Source of the DNA: Bugula neritina
Taxonomy: Eukaryota > Animalia > Bryozoa
Length of the DNA stretch: 64,000 bases
Reading direction: 5' to 3'
Assembly (NCBI GenBank): GCA_964035545.1
Contig: OZ037767.1
Location: 15,752,998 to 15,816,997 of the forward strand
Shown: piece by piece, positions 12,319-26,015 of the stretch
How the letters are laid out: every line of letters starts with the position of its first letter
Position numbering within the stretch: the first letter of the stretch is position 1
Program-made: the position numbers and the translations under genes
Notes under the pieces: model-generated
Seen by the model: the letters and a program-made list of their open reading frames with translations, nothing else
Database searches by the model: none
What the model was told of the DNA's origin: nothing

Positions 12319-14624
12319 CTACAAATAGGTACACATTGTTTAAAACTCAGGTGGGTTTTATATATCTGTAAAAACTACTGATGGTGCCCAAGGCTTTTCA
12401 AACGGACTAAAGATTTGCTTTTTATTAGGGCACAAGGGCAATTATGACTAACATATTACCAATACGGCATTATAACAGAAAATTACTGTTTAACCCATGT
12501 ATAATATGGCAAAACGTCCATTCAATAATGTTAGCATTTTATGAAACTTTTCATGTAAAAACCAAGTTGAAGAATTTTATCCAGTATTTCTCCATAAGTT
12601 TTGTTAGTTTGTTGAAACTTCATCTTTTGGTATATCTATATAATACTTTAAATGGACAAAATACCAAGTAGAAATTCACTTCTCAAAGCAAACTGTAGTT
12701 AATACATTATAGATGCTTAGAAGAAGCAGGCAATAGTGAATGCTATATAGTGTAGATCAGGATTCTATACAATGACAAGTAAACTGAAATTCCAGTGCAC
12801 TTTGAAACTACTTGTAAGAATGGGCTTAGTGCTTTGTAGTGCCTTGAAAATTTTTCAAGTCTAATTGGCACCATGCTATTAGAATTCGCAGAGAGATGAC
12901 CCTTTAAACTTTCACTTTAAACTTTAATACCTTCACGAATTTCAGTAAGAAATTCAATTTATCTAGGTCTGAAATTTCACCGAGTTGCCTTGCAAGCCGC
13001 TGGTCAAAATGTTTAGTTTGTGATAACTTAATCAGCTGATTTCAGAATAACAATCATTGGGAATGACATCTTCATGTAGATATAGATATTTATGCTTATA
13101 ATTATATCGGCTGCCTTCATCAATCATCGATACTATGCTGCCAAATCAACTAATTAATTACAGTTGGAAACTTCAAAGGGCATTGAATAGCAATTAAGCA
13201 AGTTATACTTTTAATATTACAAAAAGAACTTATGCATCAATATGATTTAAAATATAGGTGGGCACTCCGCTAGTGATATTAACTGAAACTGGAACTTTTT
13301 TCATGCAGGAAAAGCAAAAACGCATCTCAACAGAAACCCAAAAATGTCCAGCACACTTTATGCTTAGACAACACGCACACAATAACTTCGTTTATGGTAC
13401 AAACCTATTTGTTGATTGTTTTCCAACATTTTCACTAGAGCAAAGCCGAAAGATATTTGGAAACTGCATAATGATGCCAGCCACCGTGGCATCATGTTCT
13501 CTGGAAAATTATTGACAAATCATCACCCAAAAACTTCAGCAAAGCCTCCATCAATAGTATGTAATACTTTAGGTGAAACTAAAAAGAAAGAGACAATATT
13601 TTCGTGTAATTTAACCCATCAATAAACGCATCACTAGTTAGTGTGGCCACGGTTTAAACCTCATTAATTTCATCCTATTTAAGGCTTTTACAACTTAAAA
13701 GATGTAATTCATCTGCAAGAGAAATGTTAGGTATATGAAATGAGTAGAAGTGCAAAAGCAAGCAGGTATTAAGGAAGGAAGAGTTAGTAGGTGTACTTTG
13801 ACTTGCGATAAATCAATGTGATACCAGATGTGAATTTTGAAGTGTGTTTACTCCAATCTCACTGAAAAGGTAGAAATAGCTAAATTTACGAGACACACAA
13901 TATTTTATAAAATACTGCACATTCATTAAAACTTTATAAAACTCTAGTGTGAAGGGTGACTCACACTTTTAAACCGTCGATGAGCTAAGTTGTAAAAGTT
14001 TGATGAGAACCTTTTACTCTATAAATTTATGCAATATAAAATACTCTCCACATATTCAACAGCTACGAAGTTTTGTTGAAGATAAACTTCCTCAACAAAT
14101 ATACAGAAAAAAGCTATTTGAAAGCCAAATTTCATTAGCATATTATAAGATTATTTGTGTTTCATCTTTATAAACAGTGATTCAGTCATTTAACTGATAA
14201 CTAATAATTTCACTTTGTTTTTCATTCAATAAAAACTAAGTGTAGTTGGTATTAAAAACAGCTTTCATTTCTCACTTTTTTCCTCACCCTAATCTGCGTA
14301 GGCAAACAATTGGTTTGTTTCAAACACCACAACAGTAAAGCATGACAGCATAGCCAGTGGAGAAAACAATCATCTATACTGCTGGATCAGTGGCAACTTG
14401 TGAGTGTGTCAGAGTAGTGTCTTGTTGTGTGACTCTACAAATAAATTATGAATTTGAATATACTACAAAGTTGCAAACATTGTTTTAACAAAACACAGCA
14501 TTTATTTGATATTATATGTAAAGCTCAAGTTGGTATAATATATATTAAATAAATTTTAGCTTTCCTTTTGGATACTCTGAAACAAAATAAAAAAATAAAC
14601 CAAAATTGGGTAAAGCCATGCAAA

Positions 14625-14935
14625 CTAGAGAGAGAAAGAGAGTGGGAGAGGGGGGGGGGTGGGAGAGAAAGGTTAGGAGAGAGGATGGAAGAGAGATGGG
14701 GTAGAAGAGAGAAAGGGAGAGAGTCAGAGAGATAGTGGAAAAGGGAAGAGAGAAAGGTTAGGAGAGAGAGAAGGTGGGAGAGACGGAGATTGGGAGAGAG
14801 AGAGAAAGTGGGAGAGACAGAGGGTGGGAGAGAGGGAGGGTGGGAGAGAGGGAGGGTGGGAGAGAGGGGGAGAAAGAGAGAGAGGTTGAGTGGAAGGTGT
14901 GGGAGAAAGAGACAGAGAGAGGAGTGAGAGAGCTT
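14625..14935 (+). repeat. Polypurine GA-rich low-complexity tract with GGGAGAGA units; copies at ~21152-21405 and inverted at ~60325-60615
   Basis: Seen directly; unit number differs among the three copies. Confidence 0.9.
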
Positions 14936-16027
14936 CCAAACTAACACCATTGACTTAAAAAATGTTGATAAAAACTGCAGCAAGTCTTTAAAAACGATGC
15001 TAGCAAGTTCAAAGCTCACTATAACTTTCAAAATCAATAAAATGTCAAGTTCAAAAAACTCATCTGCGAGCAAAAAATAGTTACAGAGACAACCAGGTAT
15101 TGGGCAAGAGCCAGCTAATAGGAGTACCTTTTTAGATAAACTGCATGCAGGCACAGTGAGATAGCATCGGTGAGTTGTGTCTTCATTTTAATTTCCTAAA
15201 AATGAACATAAACAAATGCTAGTAATGAAAGTTTTCAGGGTTATTAAGGGTGCAATTTTATCACTAAACATCATAGCAATAGCAAAAATTGCTCAGTACA
15301 AATTTAAGAAAAATTTCTTTCATCCATTACATAATACCCGAAATCAAATCCATTTATTCAATTCATCAAGCTGAAAAACCAAGAATAATCAGAAAGACAG
15401 TAAAATCACTTTCTAGTAAAAAACAGCTTTAGATCATAATTGTTGGGTTCAGCTCTTAAGCTAAGACACCGATGCACTGAAATACGAAAAAGATCAGCAT
15501 ACTTTTGACTGTCACAAAATTTATTTTACGTGCAACAGACATTTTAAGGTCACCCGCCACCCGCGCAGGACCACGTTGGTGAAAGGTGACCAGATATTTT
15601 AAGGTCAATCAAAATCAAGCAAAGTTCATCGTCATATTGCTTACTGCTTAATGCTGCAGCTTATTTTTGCTTACCAAGTTTCTTTCTGCAGAATAATTGT
15701 AGCTAGCTTCTCGATTTGCCATCTTTATTCCAGTCTAGGTTCAAATGACATCTTGATCGTTGCAAATATCCATGCAAGCTAAAAAATATTTATCAATCAG
15801 TACAACAACAGAAATACTTACAATGATCCAAATATTACTATTACATTATATAGCAAAAGGTAGAAAAATCAACTGAAAAACCGACAGAAATAATCAAGTA
15901 CAATTAACTAAAGTAAATAAACTTACTGAATAGTAAATATTTTACTATACTTAGTGAATTGATTTACTTCCACTAGGTTTACTTTCATGATTAAATGCTT
16001 CTGTCTATTTTCCAGTTTATAGGAATA

Positions 16028-16966
16028 TGTGATGGCTCCCGTCAGTTTTGGTCTCTTGGCATTATTCGCTATTGTTAGTTATAGGGTGTTTTATCTATAG
16101 TTGTCATAAATAAGTCAATTTCAGCTTTTAGTGTATAATAGGCAATTAACATGTGCTCTTTCTAGCTGTCCAATCAGTTTTGTGATATTTGCTATGGTTT
16201 ATGAATGATTGGTGTTTTAATGAGCCATTCCATGGTTGGCAAGCTGGTCACGTGATTAGAGCATAATAGCGCGACCTTTAACAATAGTTCAAATAGCGGC
16301 GTAGTGAAGAGCGTAACGTAGTTAAGTATAATTTGACTGAGAATTGTTACTAATAATAAACATGGCTACTAGATCGCGCTGCAAGTTAATAGATAACAGA
16401 TATTAACAATTTAAAAGAATGTTTCTACATTGAAAATTGAGAACAAGGACTGAAGAGTAGTGGTCATAATAGCAATGATGAACTTAGTGGCAACAGTGAT
16501 CCAAAATAGTTAAATTTTATTATGAAACTACGTGGCATTATAGTATTAATCTCTTGGGATAATCATCAAAATGTTCTCATTATACTAAACTCAACTCTGA
16601 AATATTGATTAAGATATTGCAGATATGAATTTTAAATTAATATTTTCATGATCAGCATAAAAAACCGCCCCTAGTAACTAACTTTTGGGCTGATGGAGCT
16701 AATTGAAGACACTGTTGCTAGGTAGATAAACAACGAATTTAGTATAATTTTAAGTCGCCGAACTTTGACTGTTAATTACTCGCAATAATAGAAATCGTTT
16801 GTTGAGGACCGCTGTGTGTATAACCAGGCATATCTCTGGTTCTATTAGACTGATTTTAAAGATTTAAATTGCAATGTGATCACAAAGTCCTACTCTATTC
16901 ATCCACATCAAAAAGTAAAAATCTTGGATGACCCCCAAGAGACCAAAAATGACAGCAGCCATCACA
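16028..16966. mobile_element. Non-autonomous DNA transposon (MITE-like, ~939 bp) with ~32 bp imperfect TIRs
   Basis: Ends are tgtgatggctcccgtcagttttggtctcttgg and ccaagagaccaaaaatgacagcagccatcaca. The empty site ggaatatattaaaagtg is present in A2 (~22569) and A-inv (~59200). The TSD is TA, or ATAT if the termini are GTG..CAC. Confidence 0.9.
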
Positions 16967-17714
16967 TATATTAAAAGTGAAACCAAATAATTACTAATAC
17001 CTTATCTAGTTTTGACTATATATTTTTCACAAATATAAACATAGTTATATGCGTATTCCTATTGTGACTGCAGATACCATTGCGGTAACTGAAATCAAAC
17101 TTCATTCTACTTCAAGTTTCAAACATTGTCCCAGTTCAAAGACTAACAAGTAAATAATTAATAACTGTGAAAGCTCCAATAAGTTACTTCATTATTAAAT
17201 AAGCAGGGCATAATTTCACAGTATCTCGTCCTCAGACATAACACTTATGTACCAATACGAGATACATTACATCATAATTAAATGTTGTCTATCGGCAAGA
17301 ATTTTGCAGTAGCCAATCATAGTACTATAACAGGGCAGTCTGAGTGTAGTATCTCGTTTATCGGCATAATTATAATAGCCCGTAGTTGAAGATGGAGTTG
17401 GAAGCTTTTCAAATACCTCCCGCATATAATAGCATTTATGCTAGTCCTTAAAACTAAATAAACATTATGGTAGACCAATAATCATGAAAGCTCTACTCAT
17501 TTGTAACTGGAGGATTTGCAGCACCACAATACTAAATTTCTTGCATTGGAGGTGCTTAGGCTGTGTTGTCATAGTTATATGTACTTATTGGGGCTTGGTA
17601 TAAAATTAAACCTGACAATTATAAGGATTAAAGTATTATTGCTGTGGTTTCAACTGACCAACTTTGGAGTTATTATCTCGATTCTTTGTCAGGAATGGTT
17701 AGATAATTTCATGC

Positions 17715-17778
17715 AATAATGAGTTTTGGCTTTATATCATTATAAATAATGAGTTTTGGCTTTATATCATTATAAATA
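17715..17778 (+). repeat. 30 bp tandem duplication
   Basis: (aataatgagttttggctttatatcattata)x2. Confidence 0.9.
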
Positions 17779-19187
17779 TCTACATTGATGGCAGCTCTGA
17801 GCTAGAATTCTAATATCTTTTCAAGCTCATTGGGTGGCAGCTTATCGGCTAAATTTTATGCAGATATTGAATAATGTGGTTTGATAGTTATGCTATATTG
17901 TTAGGTTCACAAGCATCTTTAAAAAGTTATAATTATTGCATTGACCATAGGTCAAAAAATTATTTAAAGAGAGGGCAGACAACTCCAAAAGATTGGTTTC
18001 GCAGAAGCAAGTAAAATTCAGCTAAACTGAATACTCCAACTGATCAACATTTTCATCTATTGAAATTGAAGAAAAGTTAAATATTATTATACTATTCTAA
18101 TCATGAATAGGCACAAGCTAAAAAGATATTTATTTCAAAATATATAAAAAGTAAAGTAACACAACAATGTTTGCAAACGCAGACCTAAAAATGTGAATAT
18201 TCTAGCTTGAAATTAAGTCTGAAATTCAGACTTTTCTAGGTTGAATTGACTTTAATTGACTCACCAGAAAAAACAATTAATAAAATTATAAAGACAAGCA
18301 TATAATGAATAATGTAGTTCATTAGCAAAACTGGAGGAAAGCACTTTTTTTCTAGAAATTGTTCGATTACATAATACATTTTTGTGCAAATGATATTTTT
18401 TAATGAAATGAAACTGTTTTATTGTTTGGCTAGATGAAGTTTCAAAAGTAATTTTAATATTTTCTCAAATAAAGTAGACATGCACTCCATTTTCACATTT
18501 TTTGGCAAAACATATGATTGGGATTCAGTAGTCAATCAGTTAAGCTTGACACAAGGAGTTGTCACATCCATCCCAAAGAACAAGATCATCTACAATAACA
18601 AACATGGAAAGTACTTAAAATTACATTTAAGTTTACAATAATCCTTAAAATATATGTTGCCTTCTGCAAATGCTAAATAAAACACGATGTAATGCTATGT
18701 TTACTTAGACTAAATCTTGCTGACTTACAATGAAATTCATTCATTTCAATTTGAAAATTCCTGTCAATAACTTGACTCTATGCTAACAACTAATTGTAAT
18801 ACCAAAATCACACTGCTACTTTTAGTTTAGGGAATTTATTTTCATTATTAGTTCAATATTCAGCAGAGGTTTTTCTTTAATGAACAAACAATAGGCATAC
18901 ATGCAGATGAAAGATTAGGTCTAGTGAATACTAATCTTGTGCCTAATAAAAAAAAAATGAAAGACTGCAGGAAAAACTAACAACTCTAAAAAATTGCAAT
19001 TTGAATGAGGCTCAGGCTTTTAGGTGAGCAAGAGTAACCAGAAGAGCTACTTTAATGGAAGAAATTACCGACTGATTGTGTAGTTGCAGGCTGCATGATG
19101 TGTTTTGATTGTCACAACCACTTTTGAAAAAGGAAAATCCATTAAATTAAGACTACTGGCAAACAACAGAACGATAAGGAAAAAACA

Positions 19188-22100
19188 ACCAAGTAGAAAT
19201 TCATTTCTCAAAGCAAACTGTAGTTAATACATTATAGATGCTTAGAAGAAGCAGGCAATAGTGAATGCTATATAGTGTAGATCAGGATTCTATACAATGA
19301 CAAGTAAACTGAAATTCCAGTGCACTTTGAAACTACTTGTAAGAATGGGCTTAGTGCTTTGTAGTGCCTTGAAATTTTTTCAAGTCTAATTGGCACCATG
19401 CTATTAGAATTCGCAGAGAGATGACCCTTTAAACTTTCACTTTAAACTTTAATACCTTCACGATTTTCAGTGAGAAATTCAATTTATCTAGGTCTGAAAT
19501 TTCACCGAGTTGCATTGCAAGCCGCTGGTCAAAATGTTTAGTTTGTGATAACTTAATCAGCTGATTTCAGAATAACAATCATTGGGAATGACATCTTCAT
19601 GTAGATATAGATATTTATGCTTATAATTATATCGGCTGCCTTCATCAATCATCGATACTATGCTGCCAAATCAACTAATTAATTACAGTTGGAAACTTCA
19701 AAGGGCATTGAATAGCAATTAAGCAAGTTATACTTTTAATATTACAAAAAGAACTTATGCATCAATATGATTTAAAATATAGGTGGGCACTCCGCTAGTG
19801 ATATTAACTGAAACTGGAACTTTTTTCATGCAGGAAAAGCAAAAACGCATCTCAACAGAAACCCAAAAATTTCCAGCACACTTTATGCTTTGACAACACG
19901 CACACAATAACTTCGTTTATGGTACAAACCTTTTTGTTGATTGTTCTCCAACATTTTCACTAGAGCAAAGCCGAAAGAAATTTGGAAACTGCATAATGAT
20001 GCCAGCCACCGTGGCATCATCTTCTCTGGAAAATTATTGACAAATCATCACCCAAAAACTTCAGCAAAGCCTCCATCAATAGTATGTAATACTTTAGGTG
20101 AAACTAAAAAGAAAGAGACAATATTTTCGTGTAATTTAACCCATCAATAAACGCATCAATAGTTAGTGTGGCCACGGTTTAAACCTCATTAATTTCATGC
20201 TATTTCAGGCTTTTACAACTTAAAAGATGTAATTCATCTGCAAGAGAAATGTTAGGTATATGAAATGAGTAGAAGCGCAAAAGCAAGCAGGTATTAAGGA
20301 AGGAAGAGTTAGTAGGTGTACTTTGACTTGCGATAAATCAATGTGATACCAGATGTGAATTTTGAAGTGTGTTTACTCCAATCTCACTGAAAAGGTAGAA
20401 ATAGCTAAATTTACGAGACACACAATATTTTATAAAATACTGCACATTCATTAAAACTTTATAAAACTCTAGTGTGAAGGGTGACTCACACTTTTAAATC
20501 GTTGATGAGGTAAGTTGTAAAAGTTTGATGAGAACCTTTTACTCTATAAATTTATGCAATATAAAATACTCTCCACATATTCAACAGCTACGACGTTTTG
20601 TTGAAGATAAACTTCCTCAACAAATATACAGAAAAAAGCTATTTGAAAGCCAAATTTCATTAGCATATTATAAGATTATTTGTGTTTCATCTTTATAAAC
20701 AATGATTTAGTCATTTAACGCATAACTAATGATTTCACTTTGTTTTTCATTCAATAAAAACTAAGTGTAGTTGGTATTAAAAACAGCTTTCATTTCTCAC
20801 TTTTTTCCTCACCCTAATCTGCGTAGGCAAACAATTGGTTTGTTTCAAACACCACAACAGTAAAGCGTGACAGCATAGCCAGTGGAGAAAACAATCATCT
20901 ATACTGCTGGATCAGTGGCAACTTGCGAGTGTGTCAGAGTAGTGTCTTGTTGTGTGACTCTACAAATAAATTATGAATTTGAATATACTACAAAGTTGCA
21001 AACATTGTTTTAACAAAACACAGCATTTATTTGATATTATATGTAAAGCTCAAGTTGGTATAATATATATCAAATAAATTTTAGCTTTCCTTTTGGATAC
21101 TCTGGAACAAAATAAAAAAATAAACCAAAATTGGGTAAAGCCATGCAAACTAGAGAGAGAAAGAGAGTGGGAGAGGGGGGGGGGTGGGAGAGAAAGGTTA
21201 TGGAGAGAGGATGGAAGAGAGATGGGGTAGAAGAGAGAAAGGGAGAGAGTCAGAGAGATAGTGGAAAAGGGAAGAGAGAAAGGTTAGGAGAGAGAGAAGG
21301 TGGGAGAGACAGAGGGTGGGAGAGAGGGAGGGTGGGAGAGAGGGGGAGAAAGAGAGAGATTGAGTGGAAGGTGTGGGGGAAAGAGACAGAGAGAGGAGTG
21401 AGAGAGCTTCCAAACTAACACCATTGACTTAAAAAATGTTGATAAAAACTGCAGCAAGTCTTTAAAAACGATGCTAGCAAGTTCAAAGCTCACTATAACT
21501 TTCAAAATCAATAAAATGTCAAGTTCAAAAAACTCATCTGCGAGCAAAAAATAGTTACAGAGACAACCAGGTATTGGGCAAGAGCCAGCTAATAGGAGTA
21601 CCTTTTTAGATAAACTGCATGCAGGCACAGTGAGATAGCATCGGTGAGTTGTGTCTTCATTTTAATTTCCTAAAAATGAACATAAACAAATGCTAGTAAT
21701 GAAAGTTTTCAGGGTTATTAAGGGTGCAATTTTATCACTAAACATCATAGCAATAGCAAAAATTGCTCAGTACAAATTTAAGAAAAATTTCTTTCATCCA
21801 TCACATAATACCCGAAATCAAGTCCATTTATTCAATTCATCAAGCTGAAAAACCAAGAATAATCAGAAAGACAGTAAAATCACTTTCTAGTAAAAAACAG
21901 CTTTAGATCATAATTGTTGGGTTCAGCTCTTAAGCTAAGACACCGATGCACTGAAATACGAAAAAGATCAGCATACTTTTGACTGTCACAAAATTTATTT
22001 TACGTGCAACAGACATTTTAAGGTCACCTGCCACCCGCGCAGGACCACGTTGGTGAAAGGTGACCAGATATTTTAAGGTCAATCAAAATCAAGCAAAGTT

Positions 22101-22811
22101 CATCGTCATATTGCTTACTGCTTAATGCTGCAGCTTATTTTTGCTTACCAAGTTTCTTTCTGCAGAATAATTGTAGCTAGCTTCTCGATTTGCCATCTTT
22201 ATTCCAGTCCAGGTTCAAATGACATCTTGATCGTTGCAAATATCCATGCAAGCTAAAAAATATTTATCAATCAGTACAACAACAGAAATACTTACAATGA
22301 TCCAAATATTACTATTACATTACTATAACATTACACAGTAACACTATGTTTATAATTGTAATACGGAAGCATGACTTTGTGGTAGTTTGATATGCTATAG
22401 CAAAAGGTAGAAAAATCAACTGAAAAACCAACAGAAATAATCAAGTACAATTAACTAAAGTAAATAAACTTACTGAATAGTAAATATTTTACTATACTTA
22501 GTGAATTGATTGACTTCCACTAGGTTTACTTTCATGATTAAATTCTTCTGTCTATTTTCCAGTTTATAGGAATATATTAAAAGTGAAACCAATTATAATT
22601 ACTATTACCTTATCTAGTTTTGACTATATGTTTTTCACAAATATAAACATAGTTATATGCGTATTCCTATTGTGACTGCAGATACCATTGCGGTAACTGA
22701 AATCAAACTTCATTCTACTTCAAGTTTCAAACATTGTCCCAGTTCAAAGACTAACAAGTAAATAATTAATAACTGTGAAAGCTCCAATAAGTAACTTCAT
22801 TATTAAATAAG
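19188..22811 (+). repeat. Segment A copy 2
   Basis: Direct copy of A1 at offset ~6525. It lacks the MITE and has ~70 extra bp at ~22325-22395. Confidence 0.97.
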
Positions 22812-25800
22812 ATACAACTGATTCTACTGTATATGATACTATGGTATCTGTATTAAATTAAAACATAATTATGAAAATCAAAAGTTGTATTTTGAGCACT
22901 TATATTATAGTAATTAAATTAACAGCCTAAAATAGGCACATTAAACCATGATTGGAATTTTTATCCATTTATCTTTATAATTATATTTATTCTTTATTCT
23001 GAAAGTTGACCCAACACTGGTAACAAAACTAAAAGTAATTGATTAAGTATGATTTATTCTTACACACTTTAACGTTATATTTAATCATCCTGACTTTCAG
23101 TCTGTCATAGTGATTACTACTATATAAAAATGACGTTGACTTAGGAGTCATAATTATAGTCACAGTGTTGATAAGTCAACAGTGTAGGATTAACACAGCA
23201 CTAGACTAGTACTACCTCCAGCTTTCAAGTTTATGTTAGGGTATCTCTAAGACTAAAGAGTAACCCTAATAATGTAAGCAAAGAGCAGTGAGTAATAAGC
23301 ATGCTATTCAACTTCAAGTTTCACTAGTACTATAACCAATACCACATGTATTTTAATAAAATTATGTAGCTGGTGAGTGAACCATAAAATTAAATAGGGA
23401 TCAAACTTTGAGCAATATTAATAGAAATAATATTAGGACAGAGGTTTCCAATTATTAGTATGTGAAACCAAAGGGGAATGGATAACTACTATTAGTATTA
23501 TTACATTTACTTTATATTTAGTTTTACCAGTTCGTATTATGATTATCTTACTTTGAATTGTAAAGTATAATAATTATAATATTCATAGTAGTATATTTAT
23601 ATTAGTAATTAATATGTATATTAGTAAAAACATTTGTTTTAAGTTGCTTGTTTATTAAATTATTCTAAATCCTAATAACGATAATCCTAATATTAGTGAT
23701 AATCATTATGCTCATCACTGTCCCCAAGTGCTATCAGTATGACCATCGCAATGTGAACCTAGACGTGAATGTAAAAAGGCACTGCAAAACAGAACATGGG
23801 ATGGAGGCAGATATCCATACCATAATACAAATATCGATATTGAATTTGATAATCATAATTATTATACAAATATAATGATAATAACTACAATGATCAAAAA
23901 TAAATAATACCAAAGAGTTTTCGAATTACTATTCATAAAATCAAATATCACATTTATAAAGATATAATCATATCTATTATTAAATTTAAGTCAATTATAC
24001 TAATAGCAATAGTAATATAAATAGAAAAAAGAATCATTGACCAGGAGTAGGTGCAAAATAAAAGTCAATTTTAAGACAAAGAGTAAGAAAAAATACTAAA
24101 TCGATATTTAAAATTACTTATTTTTAATCTTAGTCACTTACAGTCAGTCTTAGTTTAATTTTTACTACTAAGTCTTTAATTTCAAGTTCATTTTGACAAT
24201 AAACTTGAAGACTTTAACTAAGAATATGTATAATTCAAAATTCCAAACTGGTACAAGTAAAAGTTGCTACTGAAGCTTTGTAATACTATTTTAAATTATT
24301 GGTATGATAGCATTATATTTTGATTCATAGCAATACTGATAGTGACAATTTCAAACATACCCATACCATTACTGTTACAGTTTAAGTTACTATTGCCATT
24401 GTGATTGCCGGTAATGAGTAAATATAACTTAAATTTATATGACTATTACTATTACTATTAGTATTACTATCACTTTCAGTACCGGTCTAGTATCAGTATC
24501 ACCTTAATTCAAAATCAATGTATAATTTATCAAATTACTTTAATATTATCATTTATCAATAATATGTCTATCACTATGATATTATCATGATATTGATTTT
24601 TAATTTAAACATAATAAAATCATAGGTATAATCATAATGATAATCATAATGCTTAATTTTACTTTTAGTTCAGGTTCAATGATTTAAGAGTAAGTGAAAG
24701 TTACTATAACTATTGCCATTGTGATTGCTAGAAATAAGTAAATATAATTTAAATTTATATGACTATTACTATTACCAACACTCAGACTTACTCGGACTCA
24801 CTCTGTCTCTAACTCTAAGTCTTAGTCTGAGTCTCACTCCACCAGAGTGAGAGTGACACTGAATTACTATAACTATTACTATAACTATTAGCAAAATATA
24901 TCAACCTTATGATTATCTTATTAGTTATTACAATATGTTCGGCATTGATGTTGAACTAAAAATATTAATAGTTATTACAATCACAATGACAATGCCAATA
25001 TGATCAAAGACAAATGATTCCAAGCAGTGTCAGTTTGAGTTTAAGTTGAAGGTAAGTTATAAGTTGAAGTAGTACGTAAGTGGTAGTTGATACTGATACT
25101 ATCAGTGATAGGTCTATACTCCATACCAATGAACTCAATAATATTACCTATATATTACCATAAATTATATTACTATTAGTATTACCTATAATTAAAATAT
25201 ATTCTTTCTTTTCCAGCTCAGTGCTTCATACCCTCTACTTAGTCTAATGCCGCGCACATGACGAGAATGTGAGGTGAAGGTCACTCACAGCTAAAATCGC
25301 CAAGGATCTGTAATCCATCACTAGTAGTAGTAGTTCTAGTAGTCGTACTACCAGTAATCTGGCTTCGCTATGACACTACGAATTGAATGTTGACAAGACG
25401 CATGCATGTTTGCTGTTGGTAAACTAATTTTTACTGAATTTTAATCATGCTAAGCTGCAACCTATTTTCTAATGAAATAATATATTCAATAATAATATAA
25501 TAAATATAATAATTATCATTATAATATTTTATCATTTAATTTTATAACTTTTACTTTTAGTTTTAGTATTTTGGTTTTACATCAAAATTTACATCATTAT
25601 GATTATCATTATGATTACAAAATGAAAATAATTATCATTAATCATTACCTTTTAATTTATGACTATAATTATTGTTAGAATTACCACAATTACAATCATA
25701 ATGATAATCATAATGGCATAATGCCAATGATAATCACAATCGTAACACTAATAATAATAGTAATAGTCAAACTCAAGGATTGAGCCAATGATTCAGATTG

Positions 25801-25980
25801 TCTAAATTTAATTAAATAAATTTCAGCCTTGGGTTTAACTTTACAGTTCACAATTTTATTTTACATTACGACTGAGAGTAAGTCATACCTTTCTTGCAGT
25901 TATTTTCAAAGTTTGTAGTTGTACTGGTACAGTAGTAGACCTAGTAGTAGTACTAGTAGTAGTAGTAGTAACAGTACTAT

Positions 25981-26015
<35 letters not shown>

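Larger units (their letters stand above)
12658..17203 (+). repeat. Segment A copy 1; direct repeat of 19188-22811 and inverted repeat of 58975-62583
   Basis: Colinear near-identical sequence from accaagtagaaattca(c/t)ttctcaaagc to cattattaaataag. ORF-track peptides are duplicated (13416/19941/61616 and 14525/21284/60102). Confidence 0.97.

Noticed and set aside
14525-15154. 209 aa Leu/Ser/Pro-rich ORF and its copies (21131-21628, 60102-60518)
   Set aside because: It is produced by the stop-poor GA/CT tract, starts at GTG, and its length and frame are not conserved among the three copies
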